DNA of 64,000 nt from an uncultured candidate division Zixibacteria bacterium (GTDB lineage Bacteria > Zixibacteria > MSB-5A5 > RBG-16-43-9), in NCBI GenBank assembly GCA_963713865.1, contig OY970208.1, positions 736,001 to 800,000 of the forward strand. The letters are read 5' to 3'. Shown here in pieces: positions 10,725 through 20,304 of the stretch; position 1 is the first letter of the stretch; every line of letters begins with the position of its first letter. A program made the translations under genes and the position numbers. The notes under the pieces are model-generated. The model made no database searches. It saw nothing but the letters and a program-made list of their open reading frames with translations, and had not been told where the DNA came from.

Positions 10725-11111
10725 CTTTACCTCCTTTTTAACGTTAATAGTTTATATTTGATAATATCTCAAAAATGTAGAAAGTCAAGGGAAGATATTC
10801 TAAAAATATGGATGTTTACTTGCTCAAGGCGGATGTTATCATACGCTTGTGCATTTAAGTTGGTTCGGGAAATGGACTTCCCGAACCAATTCTATTCAAT
10901 TAAATGCGGGAATTCCCTCGCTTACCACGGGGTCTTGATGACAATTCCCGCACCAACGAGATGCGGAATAGGAGCGCATCAGCTTGTCGAATTTGACCTT
11001 GAGGCTGATGCTTGCATTGACAAGTTCAATGCACTCCAAAAAAGACGTCCGGGATAAACCTGGACGCTACATTCTCGGTAACCCCACCTTGCCCACAAGG
11101 TGTGGTTTGAC

Positions 11112-11861
11112 CTAAACCACTACTTTTCTTCTCAAATTATATCTTTCCAGAAGCTGGGGGTCTTTTAAAATCTCTTCCGGGTCTCCTTTGGCAGAAAGGT
11201 CTCCTTTGGAATCCATCAGATAAAGGGTATCCGCAATCTGGGGAACCAACTCCACATCGTGCAAAGCGGTTATCAGAGTAGTATGTTTTGATAAATTGAT
11301 CTCTTTTAAAATCTGAATCATCTCTTCTTCTGATTTAGGGTCTAAATTTGAAAAAGGCTCATCCAGGATCAAAAGCTCAGGCTCCAGGATTAAAGCCCCG
11401 GCTAAAGCCACTTTTTTCTTCTCTCCCCCGGAAAGGTAATGAGGTATTTTATTTTTCAGATGTATGATCCCTATCCTCTGCATTATCTTATTTGCCAACT
11501 CTTCGGCTTTCTCAATCTCATAACTATAATTCAAGGGAGAAAAAATTATATCATCGAAAACCGTAGGACCGATTATCTGCTCGTCCACCTCCTGCAGAAC
11601 CACTCCGATTTTCTCCCTGATCCTCTCAAACTCTTTTGCCGGATTAAGCCCGAATACCTCAACCTCACCTTCCTTCGGGATTAAAATCCCTAATATATGT
11701 TTCAACAATGTAGATTTACCGCACCCATTCGGTCCTAAGATAGCAACTTTCTCCCCTTTACTGACTAAAAAATCCAGTCCGCAGATTTTGACCTGGGTCT
11801 TGTCCTGATAAGTATGACTGATACAATGAACCTTGACTATTATCTCCTGGTCCAAGTGCAA
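11112..11861 (-). CDS. cbiO: ECF transporter ATPase (CbiO-like)
   Basis: Walker A GPNGCGKST, LSGGEKKK signature, LILDEP Walker B. Confidence 0.85.
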   Translation of the reverse strand: MHLDQEIIVKVHCISHTYQDKTQVKICGLDFLVSKGEKVAILGPNGCGKSTLLKHILGILIPKEGEVEVFGLNPAKEFERIREKIGVVLQEVDEQIIGPTVFDDIIFSPLNYSYEIEKAEELANKIMQRIGIIHLKNKIPHYLSGGEKKKVALAGALILEPELLILDEPFSNLDPKSEEEMIQILKEINLSKHTTLITALHDVELVPQIADTLYLMDSKGDLSAKGDPEEILKDPQLLERYNLRRKVVV

Positions 11862-12490
11862 AACCTCCTCTGATGTTCAATTTTCCCTTCAAACCCTCTG
11901 AGCTTTATCCCTTCATAAAATCTCTGACTGTCATCCATCCCTTTGAGTATCAAATAGCCGATAGCTTTGGCAAAATTAAACAAGCTCCTTTTAGGATGTT
12001 TGATTTGAAAACCTCCCCTTAGCTTAAAACCGGTCCTGATGTTTTCAAAAATCGAAAAGAGAATGAATATCGACCGGTAGGTCATAAAAAAGATGGGTAT
12101 TAAAAAACCAGGTAAGACCTTTCCCAGGTTCGAAAATATGCAGGGATAGGGCGTGGTGGCGAAAAGGAGTATCATGGTGGTAGCAGTTGCCAGAACCCTT
12201 AAAAGGATGATAAAAAACCATTCCCATCCTTTTCCCATACTGGCAAAAGCAAAAATCAAGGCGAAAATCATTGGATACAGGGAAATCAAGAAAATCTTTT
12301 TAAAAGGCAGCCGGGCTAAAAATATCAGGCCATAGAGGAATAATAAAATTATGACTAAAGACAGAACCTGCTGGATGGAAATGATTGCCCCGATAAAGAT
12401 AAGAAAGAGTACTATCTTTAATCCTACAGAAAAGCGGTGTAAAAAGCTTTTTCCGCTGGTAGCCAGATAATCTAAATAAGCTAAATCCAT
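11840..12490 (-). CDS. cbiQ: ECF transporter transmembrane T component (CbiQ-like)
   Basis: Hydrophobic protein with LRG..LRGF coupling motifs, lying between the S component and the ATPase. Confidence 0.8.
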   Translation of the reverse strand: MDLAYLDYLATSGKSFLHRFSVGLKIVLFLIFIGAIISIQQVLSLVIILLFLYGLIFLARLPFKKIFLISLYPMIFALIFAFASMGKGWEWFFIILLRVLATATTMILLFATTPYPCIFSNLGKVLPGFLIPIFFMTYRSIFILFSIFENIRTGFKLRGGFQIKHPKRSLFNFAKAIGYLILKGMDDSQRFYEGIKLRGFEGKIEHQRRFCTWTRR

Positions 12491-13219
12491 TTAATAACCC
12501 TCAAATAATCCCGGTCTTACTTTATGAAGATACTTTAAGATCCCGGCGGTGATCAACCCTTCCAATGCCCAGCCCATAGAGCCAAAACCCAGGACCAGAA
12601 ACAAAAACTTTTTGAAATCAAATTCCGCCAAAGGTTCTTCTTTTTGTTTTTCAGCCTCTTTAGTTTCAAACTTTAAAAATCCTTTGTCTGTTTTTGAATG
12701 GAGTTTTTCTCCAATGCCAAATGCCTTTGATATGTCAGATGTTCCCAACGATACGATTCCTAAGGCAAAAAGAGTCGAGAGAAAAAGGGCGAGAAAAGTG
12801 GAGACAAAACCAGCCCAGAATATCTTTTTAAGAATCGACCAGAGAGTTTTGAAAAGAAAATATCCCAAAATTCCTTCAAAGGTTATTACCAGGCTGTTTA
12901 AACCCACCACCGTTATCCCTCCATGCCCGAAAAAAGCCAGGATAAGGTTAACCACAAAAGAACACAGAATAAACCAGCCCGGACCCAAGATTATTGCAGA
13001 GACCACTGAAAGGTTTATATGATAAAGGATTGGAACGATCTCCAGGGACATCGAAATGACCATTATCGCAGAAAATGTCGCCACCAGCGGAATTTTTGCA
13101 GAGAATCTTTCTTTTTCATAAAATCCTTTAAATATTAATATAAATGAAGCCAATAAAATCCAGCCCAAAACCCAGAGCCAGACAGGTAATATTCCATCGG
13201 GAAGGTGAATGTGAGACAT
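12491..13219 (-). CDS. cbiM: ECF Co/Ni transporter substrate component (CbiM/NikM family)
   Basis: N-terminal MSHIHLPDG, HGGIT..GLN and C-terminal EGLIT motifs. Confidence 0.8.
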   Translation of the reverse strand: MSHIHLPDGILPVWLWVLGWILLASFILIFKGFYEKERFSAKIPLVATFSAIMVISMSLEIVPILYHINLSVVSAIILGPGWFILCSFVVNLILAFFGHGGITVVGLNSLVITFEGILGYFLFKTLWSILKKIFWAGFVSTFLALFLSTLFALGIVSLGTSDISKAFGIGEKLHSKTDKGFLKFETKEAEKQKEEPLAEFDFKKFLFLVLGFGSMGWALEGLITAGILKYLHKVRPGLFEGY

Positions 13220-13242
13220 AAACTTTTTAAAATAATTTTAAA

Positions 13243-13716
13243 TTATAATCCTGCTTTCAATGCCTGGCATAGAGCCTGAGGATTATCTGAGGTTAGAACG
13301 TACTCCCTTTTCTTATTCTTAACCTTTATCCTCACCCCTTTTCCGAAACGGGTGTTGTAACAGACAGTGCCATCCATGCCCAGGCGGATACCGATACCTC
13401 CGTATCTCAATAAAGTAATTGAAGTCTCCTCGCAGGAGACGATATCTGATCGAAGAATTTTCTTTTTGATGATTCCAAACCCGAACTCTAAAAATCTCCC
13501 CTGAACTTTTATTTCCAGAATACGGAAATTAATAAAAATGAAGAAAAACAATATGCCCAGAAGGATCAAAAATGGAGCAACCCAGAAAGGAGTCTCTGGG
13601 TCCTGGGGAGAAAGGATAACACCTAAGATTATCCCCCCAATAATGAGGAGGAAAAGATATTTAACCCACCAGACTAAATTCTGTTTCTCCGAATAAATCA
13701 TGGATTTCCTTTCCAA
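13243..13716 (-). CDS. Hypothetical membrane protein (two TM helices plus PH-like GGIGIR domain)
   Basis: Two hydrophobic segments, RYGGIGIR and LTSDNPQAL; start uncertain. Confidence 0.6.
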   Translation of the reverse strand: MERKSMIYSEKQNLVWWVKYLFLLIIGGIILGVILSPQDPETPFWVAPFLILLGILFFFIFINFRILEIKVQGRFLEFGFGIIKKKILRSDIVSCEETSITLLRYGGIGIRLGMDGTVCYNTRFGKGVRIKVKNKKREYVLTSDNPQALCQALKAGL

Positions 13717-13748
13717 TATTTCATTTTCAAAATATCATTCTTTTTAAC

Positions 13749-13777
13749 TTGACACAAGGATTTTCTTTTTTTAAACT
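13749..13777 (+). promoter_or_regulatory. Sigma-70-like promoter
   Basis: TTGACA-17 bp-TAAACT upstream of the isochorismatase gene. Confidence 0.55.
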
Positions 13778-13851
13778 AAATTCGAATTATGTTAGGCAAA
13801 AGCCACCCAGATTCGCTGGATGGCTTTTTTAATTTTAAAAGGAGGTTTTAT

Positions 13852-14502
13852 ATGAATTACTATGTAACCCAGAATAATTTGAAAGAGAAAACCAGGGCCT
13901 GGCTGGAGAAGATTTCTCCTTTTAATACCCATAGGTTAAAGTTGGATTTAGGAAATTCCGCCCTTCTGGTCATTGATATGCAGAGATACTTTTTGGAGCC
14001 ACATTCACCAACATTTATCTGTGGTGGTCTGGCGATCCTTCCTCATATTAAAACATTGATAAATTTCTACCGTTCCCGGAAAAGACCGGTAATCTACACT
14101 TGTCATGTCCATCATCCGGATGGAATCGATGCCGGGATTATGGGCTGGTGGTGGCAGGGGATGTGCAAAGAGGGAACTAAGGAAGCAAAAATTTATCCGG
14201 AAATAGAGCCTCTACCTGAGGAGAAGATAATTTATAAACATCGCTATAGCGCCTTTTATAATACAGATTTAGAGACCATATTACGGTGTTTAAAAATAGA
14301 GGATTTGGTTATCTCCGGAATAATGACCAATATGTGCTGTGAATCCACGACCAGGGATGCTTATTTTAGAGATTTTCGCATAAAATTCTTAGCAGATGCC
14401 ACCGGGACAGTTTCCGAGGAGATGCACCTTGCCAGCCTGTTAAATCTGTCTTATGGATTTGCGGATGTCACTACAGTGGATGAGGTTATTAACACGCTTT
14501 AG
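13852..14502 (+). CDS. Isochorismatase family cysteine hydrolase
   Basis: ALLVIDMQ, K.RYSAF, SGIMTNMCCESTTRDA; ATG 13852 follows AGGAGG. Confidence 0.88.
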   Translation: MNYYVTQNNLKEKTRAWLEKISPFNTHRLKLDLGNSALLVIDMQRYFLEPHSPTFICGGLAILPHIKTLINFYRSRKRPVIYTCHVHHPDGIDAGIMGWWWQGMCKEGTKEAKIYPEIEPLPEEKIIYKHRYSAFYNTDLETILRCLKIEDLVISGIMTNMCCESTTRDAYFRDFRIKFLADATGTVSEEMHLASLLNLSYGFADVTTVDEVINTL

Positions 14503-14788
14503 ATTATAGGGGTTCATCCACTTTTAGTGGACCGAATCCATTATTCATCCCCAAATCAAGTTTGGGGATGCATTGGCTACGCTACAAAATCAAAAGAATG
14601 GAAGTCTAAAAACCTCCTCTACATTTTTCGTAATGGAAGGCTTCAGCCTTCCATTTATTTTCTTTAAAAAATTGAAGAATAACTGTTCTGCCGATTTTAA
14701 TACTTGACAAACTATATAAGTATATCATTATTAAAATCCGATTTTAACCTGGTTTAAAGTATATGGTTAATCAAAAATTTTAAGATAA

Positions 14789-15901
14789 GTGATGAGAAGA
14801 TATAAAATTCTTTTCTTAAACTCTATCCGAGAGAATGTTCTGGGGTGGGGGGAAAATCTGATTTACAACTACTCAGTTCATCTGACCAAAAGGGGGCATA
14901 AAATATATATCGCTGGCAGAAAAAACAGTGAATTCCTAAGCCATTTCTCTCCTGAAAAAATCAATTTAATCCCCATGAAAATCAAAGGAGACTTTGATCC
15001 GGTAAATATCTTTTTTTTAGTCCAATTAATGTCTAAAGAAAAAATAGATTTCCTCTGGGTGAATTTCAACAAAGATTTAAGGCTTGGCGGAATCGCCTCC
15101 AAACTAATCCGGGGACCTAAAATAATCTGGGGGATGGGGGTATTGCTTCCGGAAACTTCTTTAATCCACAGGCTCACGGGAAAATTTTTACCGGATATGA
15201 TTGTAGTTCCCAGCCAGAACTTAAAAGACCAGCTTGGAAGATTTCCCTGGCTGAAACCGGATAAAATCAAAGTTATTCACAACGGTATAGACCTTTCCTC
15301 TTTTGAATTTGATATAAAGAAACAAAGGGAGAAGCTTTTTCAACGTCACAACCTTGATCCCAAACTTACCCTGATAGGAGTCTCTGCCAGATTAGTCCAG
15401 GCAAAAGGTCACCGCTATCTTCTCCAGGCTCTGCCTGAGATAATTAAAGTCCACCCGGATATCAAACTATTTATTGCAGGCGACGGCTCGGAAAAGGAAC
15501 ATCTGATAGAACTGTCTTGTAAATTAAATTTAGATGACTATGTCATATTTGCTGGTTATATAAAAGAGATATTTGAGACTATGGCTGGATTTGACCTACT
15601 GGTTTTGCCCTCGATCATCGAGCCTTTTGGACTGGTTTTAGCTGAAGGTATGGCGCTGAAAAAACCTATAGTCGCTACTCGTGTAGATGGTATTCCTGAA
15701 GTAGTTCAGGATCAGAAAACAGGAATTTTAGTTCCTCCTGAAGACCCTCACTCCTTAGCGCTGGCTATCATCTCTTTACTCAAGGATAAAAATTTAGCTT
15801 TTAGTCTTGGAGAGGAAGGAAGAAAAAGGGTAGAAAAGCTTTTTACTATCGAGAAAATGATAGGCAAAATCGAAGCGCTTTTAGGTGAAATGTCCCGATA
15901 A
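14789..15901 (+). CDS. Glycosyltransferase family 4
   Basis: VIHNGID, RLVQAKGH, EPFGLVLAEGMA..KPIVAT motifs. Confidence 0.9.
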   Translation: MMRRYKILFLNSIRENVLGWGENLIYNYSVHLTKRGHKIYIAGRKNSEFLSHFSPEKINLIPMKIKGDFDPVNIFFLVQLMSKEKIDFLWVNFNKDLRLGGIASKLIRGPKIIWGMGVLLPETSLIHRLTGKFLPDMIVVPSQNLKDQLGRFPWLKPDKIKVIHNGIDLSSFEFDIKKQREKLFQRHNLDPKLTLIGVSARLVQAKGHRYLLQALPEIIKVHPDIKLFIAGDGSEKEHLIELSCKLNLDDYVIFAGYIKEIFETMAGFDLLVLPSIIEPFGLVLAEGMALKKPIVATRVDGIPEVVQDQKTGILVPPEDPHSLALAIISLLKDKNLAFSLGEEGRKRVEKLFTIEKMIGKIEALLGEMSR

Positions 15902-15940
15902 AAAAGGCTCTATCCACCTCAGTCAGACAGAGCCTTTTTA
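15901..15940. terminator. Bidirectional intrinsic terminator between convergent genes
   Basis: AAAAAGGCTCT...AGAGCCTTTTT stem with A/T tracts on both sides. Confidence 0.7.
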
Positions 15941-15960
15941 CTTGAATTCAGATCTTCTTT

Positions 15961-16692
15961 TTATTTTTTAGGAGTGGTAGCTGGTAAAGTGTTAAATATT
16001 AATGGTATCGAAATCCGGGTCTTCTCTTTCCCCTCCAATTCTAAAGTCAAAGAGCTCTTAAGCCCTTCCTTGGGTAAATCTTTCACCGGTTTTACCTTTA
16101 ACTCAACCGACTTCCCCGGTTTAAGCTTCTTACCTAACTTAACTTTGAAATACTCCTCGGGATAATCGATTAAAGAAACCTTGTACTCCTCTACATCCGA
16201 GTTTTTCAAAGAAAGCTTTTTCTTCTGGGGTTTCCCCTGAATTACAGTGAAATCCAGCGAGGAAGAGGTTAATTGAGCCTTGAAAGTTGAATCCGGCACT
16301 GGAACAACCTGACCATTTAATTTTATATTCTGCACTTGAGAACTGGTATCTTTATAGGAGACATTAGCATATTTGGCAATCTTACCCGAAGCTTTGGTAG
16401 AAGTATAACTTACTATAAGCTCTGTGCTATCACCGATAGCAAGCTCCGTCTTTTTTAAAGGAGCCTTGGTGCACCCTCAGCCAACGCTAACGTTCATACC
16501 CCGCAGAGTATCAGTGCCCACATTCTTTAACCAGAAGCTGTGGCTTACCACAGAATTCTGAGGAATACGACCCCAATCCCAGTTCATCTCTGAAATCTCC
16601 AATTTGGGGGTTCCGGCTTCTAAATTCGTGAAAGCCAGACTTGAAAAGAGAATCGACAATAGAATCGGGAACAAAAACCTGTTCTTTTTCAT
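15961..16692 (-). CDS. DUF1573-like Ig-fold exported protein, candidate selenoprotein (in-frame TGA 16477-16479)
   Basis: ORFs 16477..16698 and 15961..16335 are one frame with a single TGA: ...NVSVG-(TGA)-GCTKAPLKKTEL...; WDWGRIPQ..FWLKNVGTDTL matches DUF1573, which normally has CGCT here. Confidence 0.8.
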
Positions 16693-16817
16693 TTTCACCT
16701 CCTCCGTTCAGTTAAAAATCTTTATCTATATTTACGAAAAATTCGATTAAAATCTTTAGTTAAATCTGTTTGGTTTTAGATGCTTGTCTTCCCTAGTTTC
16801 CCTTAATCGGGAACGAA

Positions 16818-17531
16818 CTATTTTCCAGTAGGTTTCTCCTTCTTGACTGGAATGGTAATCCTGAATTCCTTTCCTCCTTTAACTTGTAAAGTAATCGACT
16901 TCTTAAGTGTGTCAGGTGGAAGTTTCTTGAGCGGTTTGACTTTGAGCTCTATGACCTTGCCGGGTTTAAGAATATCCCGTTTTAGTTTCACCTCGAAAAG
17001 CTCTTTGGGATAGTCTATTATCTTAAGTTTATATTCTTCTTTACCAGAATTATTGAACTCGACTTTCCTTTCCTTTGTAGCTCCTCCCTTCTCCTCTATG
17101 AACTCTATGGTATAAGGAGAATATCTCAGCAAAAGTAAAGTGTCGGGCTTGGACTTCACATCTGCGGTTATCTCCAATCTATTATACCCGGAGGTAGTAT
17201 CATTAGAGCTCACCTCCACATATTTAGTTTCCTTGGTAGTAGCAGCCCTATTAGTGTAACTAATCTCCAATTCAGTGCTATCGCCGATAGCCAGCTCCGT
17301 CTTTTTCAATGGAGCCTTGGTGCACCCTCAAGGTGTTTTTACGCTGATCCCTTTAAGAATATCAGTCCCGACATTCTTAATCCAGAAGATATGCGTAACT
17401 GTGGAATTTTGTGGTACCCTTCCAAAATCCCAGATCCGCTCGGAAAATTCTATCTTTGGTGTTCCAGCCTGAGAAAAAGAGCAGGATATAAAAACCAGAG
17501 TTATGGCTAAAAATAAACCTTTTAATCTCAC
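16818..17531 (-). CDS. DUF1573-like Ig-fold exported protein, paralog 2, candidate selenoprotein (in-frame TGA 17328-17330)
   Basis: ORFs 17328..17531 and 16818..17309 are in frame: ...SVKTP-(TGA)-GCTKAPLKKTEL... Confidence 0.8.
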
Positions 17532-17959
17532 CCTACCTCCTAAAGTCTACATTAGAATTATAATTGAAAGAATCATTTTGTCAACCATTTTCTATGTATA
17601 TTTTCGCAGTTACCTGATTTATCAGGCATCTTTATTTCTCGACAACTTGAGTAAATACTTTTACTTATACTAATCGTTTCTCATTTTACCTTAATGATTA
17701 ATCCAGAATATATAAAATCCTGCGAAAATTATCAGTAATCCGCTCACCTTTTTGGCAATATTCGAGAAATTTGTTATCCCCTTAGAGTGGGCAAAACTCT
17801 CCACAAAACCAGTTGATACACCGGCTAAAACTATTGACGCATAATGTCCTATGGCGTGGACAAAAAGAAGCGAAAACCTGAAAAAACACTTGACAAATCG
17901 TCAGGAGATAGACTTATTTATGAGGAGAAAAAATCCGTGAGAAAAGCTTTCTTGACTGA

Positions 17960-18137
17960 GCGGGCCACTTGTCATACGCACCGATATTCTTTCGCCACTC
18001 ATTTGCTGGAAAGTGGTTATGACATTCGAACGGTACAGGAGCTTCTCGGCCACAACGGTGTGAGAACCACAATGATCTATACCCATGTGCTGAACCGTGG
18101 CTGCCGAGGGGTAAAGAGCCCGGTGGACAGCCTATGA
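17960..18137 (+). pseudogene. intI: Integron integrase C-terminal remnant
   Basis: [53 protein letters not shown] is the IntI C-terminus; no N-terminal part upstream. Confidence 0.85.
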
Positions 18138-18276
18138 GGAGGGAGTGGTTGCGTATTATGCGGAAGCCATATAAGACGCAGAAGCATAACAAGATCCCTC
18201 GTAATCCATTGAAAATAGATAGATTACGCGGAAGTCTCATTGGAGTATTCTCTGGAAGCAAAACCCGAAAACGGGT

Positions 18277-18307
18277 TTATACGGAAACCATATAACCATC
18301 GTTGGGC
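18277..18307 (+). mobile_element. attI-like recombination site, integron unit 1
   Basis: CATATAAC-CATC-GTTGGGC simple-site geometry; 19-nt motif TTATACGGAAACCATATAA also present (17/19) at 18156-18174. Confidence 0.65.
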
Positions 18308-18377
18308 GTCATAATCGTGTGCCCCGACGTCTTAGTCGTAGCAATCTTCACCAGAGCACCAGTAAGGAGCATCACAG

Positions 18378-18815
18378 ATGTCCATCAGTAGCAATGCCAA
18401 AGAGATACTCACTCAATTTACCCGCGAGGTATGGAGCGAAGGCAATATCGAAGCCTCAGATAAATATATCGCACCAAAATACACAATTCATCACGATCCT
18501 GGCGATCCATGGGAAGGTCGGGAACTTGATCTCGCAGGATACAAGGAGCGCGTCAAAACATTGCGTGCGGCGTTTCCCGATCAGTTCTTCGATATACAGG
18601 GACTTTTTGCCGACGGTGACGCTGTTGTGATGACTTGGCTCTGGTCAGCCACGCACAAGGGGGACATTCCTGGATTTCCCGCCACAGGCAAACAAATCAA
18701 GATGTTTGGAGCTACGGTTTACTATTTCGATGGTAGCCGACTTACTGGGCATTGGCAGATCACTGATCGTCTTGGCGTGTATCAGCAGTTACAGCGGGCG
18801 TCTACTGGTGTCTGA
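18378..18815 (+). CDS. SnoaL-like / ester cyclase family protein (gene cassette)
   Basis: W..GN, AFPD, ATHKGDIPGFPATGKQI motifs; bounded by GTTGGGC and an attC. Confidence 0.85.
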   Translation: MSISSNAKEILTQFTREVWSEGNIEASDKYIAPKYTIHHDPGDPWEGRELDLAGYKERVKTLRAAFPDQFFDIQGLFADGDAVVMTWLWSATHKGDIPGFPATGKQIKMFGATVYYFDGSRLTGHWQITDRLGVYQQLQRASTGV

Positions 18816-18823
18816 CGAATGCC

Positions 18824-18890
18824 GCCCAACCAATCATTCCACCGGACCTGCGCGAAAGACCGCGCAGACCGGTGAATTCAAATGTTATAA
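18824..18890 (+). mobile_element. attC site
   Basis: GCCCAAC..CACCGGACCTGCGCG-AAAGAC-CGCGCAGACCGGTG..GTTATAA imperfect palindrome with R'' and R' boxes. Confidence 0.85.
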
Positions 18891-19574
18891 GTTAATGAAC
18901 AAAATGTACAAACCCGCTAAAAAAATCAGAACTCCACTGATTTTCTTAGTGAGGCTGGAGAAGTTACTTACCCCTTTAGACTTGGCGTAGCTTTCCACAA
19001 ATCCCGTTGATACCCCAGCTAAAACTATCAAAGCACAATGTCCTATGGCATATACAAAAAGAAGTGAAATTCCATAGACTATCCTGGCTTTTGTAGCGAC
19101 GAAAGCTAAGATAACTGCTAAAACCGGTGTGGCACAGGGAGAAGAGACTACCCCGAAAAGAAGTCCTAAGAGAAACGCACCCAAGACCCCTTTATGTTTA
19201 GTTTTCAATTCCACAGTTTTGGGAAACGGAATTTTAATCAGGCCTAAAAGATATAAGCCCATAATCAAAGCCACCCCCGCGGCTAAATAAAACCATAACT
19301 TCCCTACATCTCCGAAAAGCTTTCCCAAAAGGGAAGCCATAGCACCTAAAATGGTAAAAGTGATAGATAACCCTAAGGCGAAAACCAAAGAATAAAGCAG
19401 GGCTTTCTTTTTATCCCCCTGAGAATAACCTCCCACAAATCCAATCACCAGAGGGATAATTGCCAGAACACAAGGGCTGGAAGCTGATAAGATACCACCT
19501 AAAAAGATTAAGATATAAGCTAAGCCCGGAGTGTTATTTATTACACTGGATATGTTCCCCAAAATGGATTCCAC
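18885..19574 (-). CDS. ccdA: Cytochrome c biogenesis CcdA / DsbD transmembrane-domain protein
   Basis: Two SPC motifs (SSPCVL, SSPCATP) in a six-TM protein. Confidence 0.85.
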   Translation of the reverse strand: MESILGNISSVINNTPGLAYILIFLGGILSASSPCVLAIIPLVIGFVGGYSQGDKKKALLYSLVFALGLSITFTILGAMASLLGKLFGDVGKLWFYLAAGVALIMGLYLLGLIKIPFPKTVELKTKHKGVLGAFLLGLLFGVVSSPCATPVLAVILAFVATKARIVYGISLLFVYAIGHCALIVLAGVSTGFVESYAKSKGVSNFSSLTKKISGVLIFLAGLYILFINL

Positions 19575-20011
19575 TATTTGACTCCGATCTCCAAAAACTT
19601 TTGTGTGATGGAAGTTTTATCCATAAACCCCTCATGTCTGTAAACTTCTTTTCCAGAAACATCGAAAAATATCTGTGTAGGGATTAACCTTATTTTATAA
19701 AACCTGGCTGGCTCCGGGTCATATCTGATATCTATAATTTTGATTATTGCTCTCCCTTTATACTCATCTTTTAATTCTTCCAATATAGGCAGCATCATCT
19801 TACAGGCTTTACAGGTGCCCCTGCCCAAATCGATTAAGATTGGTAAATTTTTGGCTATTACGCCTGAACTATCATTAGTCGTAGAAATTTTCTCAGAAGA
19901 AGAAGTCTCCCCCTCCTTAAAAGATGCTTTATCTCTTCCTTGAAAGATAATCCAGCCTGCGATTATAAAAACGACTGCCAAGCTAATCACCAATTTCAGT
20001 AATTTATTCAT
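19574..20011 (-). CDS. Membrane-anchored thioredoxin family protein
   Basis: N-terminal TM helix, CKAC motif, IPTQIFFD..G.EVYRHEGF. Confidence 0.85.
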   Translation of the reverse strand: MNKLLKLVISLAVVFIIAGWIIFQGRDKASFKEGETSSSEKISTTNDSSGVIAKNLPILIDLGRGTCKACKMMLPILEELKDEYKGRAIIKIIDIRYDPEPARFYKIRLIPTQIFFDVSGKEVYRHEGFMDKTSITQKFLEIGVK

Positions 20012-20034
20012 AATAAGCTCTTCTCATATCAGTT

Positions 20035-20274
20035 TTACTCTTCTTTAATCAACCATTCTTTAATTTCTGCCAATCCTGGCACCCTGCCAGAACACAGGAC
20101 CTTCCCGTTTATAACTAAAGCAGGTGTCATTAAGATTCCGTACTGCATAATCGATTTAATATCTTTGATTTTAGACACCTCTGCTTCTTTACCTATCTCT
20201 TTTAAAGTCCTCTGCACGATCTCGTAAATCTTCTCACATTTTACACACCCCGGACCTAAGACCTCGATTTTCAT
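20035..20274 (-). CDS. Small redox-active disulfide protein (MTH895/ArsE-like thioredoxin family)
   Basis: MKIEVLGPGCVKC..TPALVING. Confidence 0.88.
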   Translation of the reverse strand: MKIEVLGPGCVKCEKIYEIVQRTLKEIGKEAEVSKIKDIKSIMQYGILMTPALVINGKVLCSGRVPGLAEIKEWLIKEE

Positions 20275-20304
20275 ATCTTATCCTCCTTTTAAATCAAGAT
20301 AATA

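Noticed and set aside
13219-13745. Cobalamin or NiCo riboswitch ahead of the ECF transporter
   Set aside because: There is no room before cbiM and I recognised no B12-box or NiCo motif upstream.
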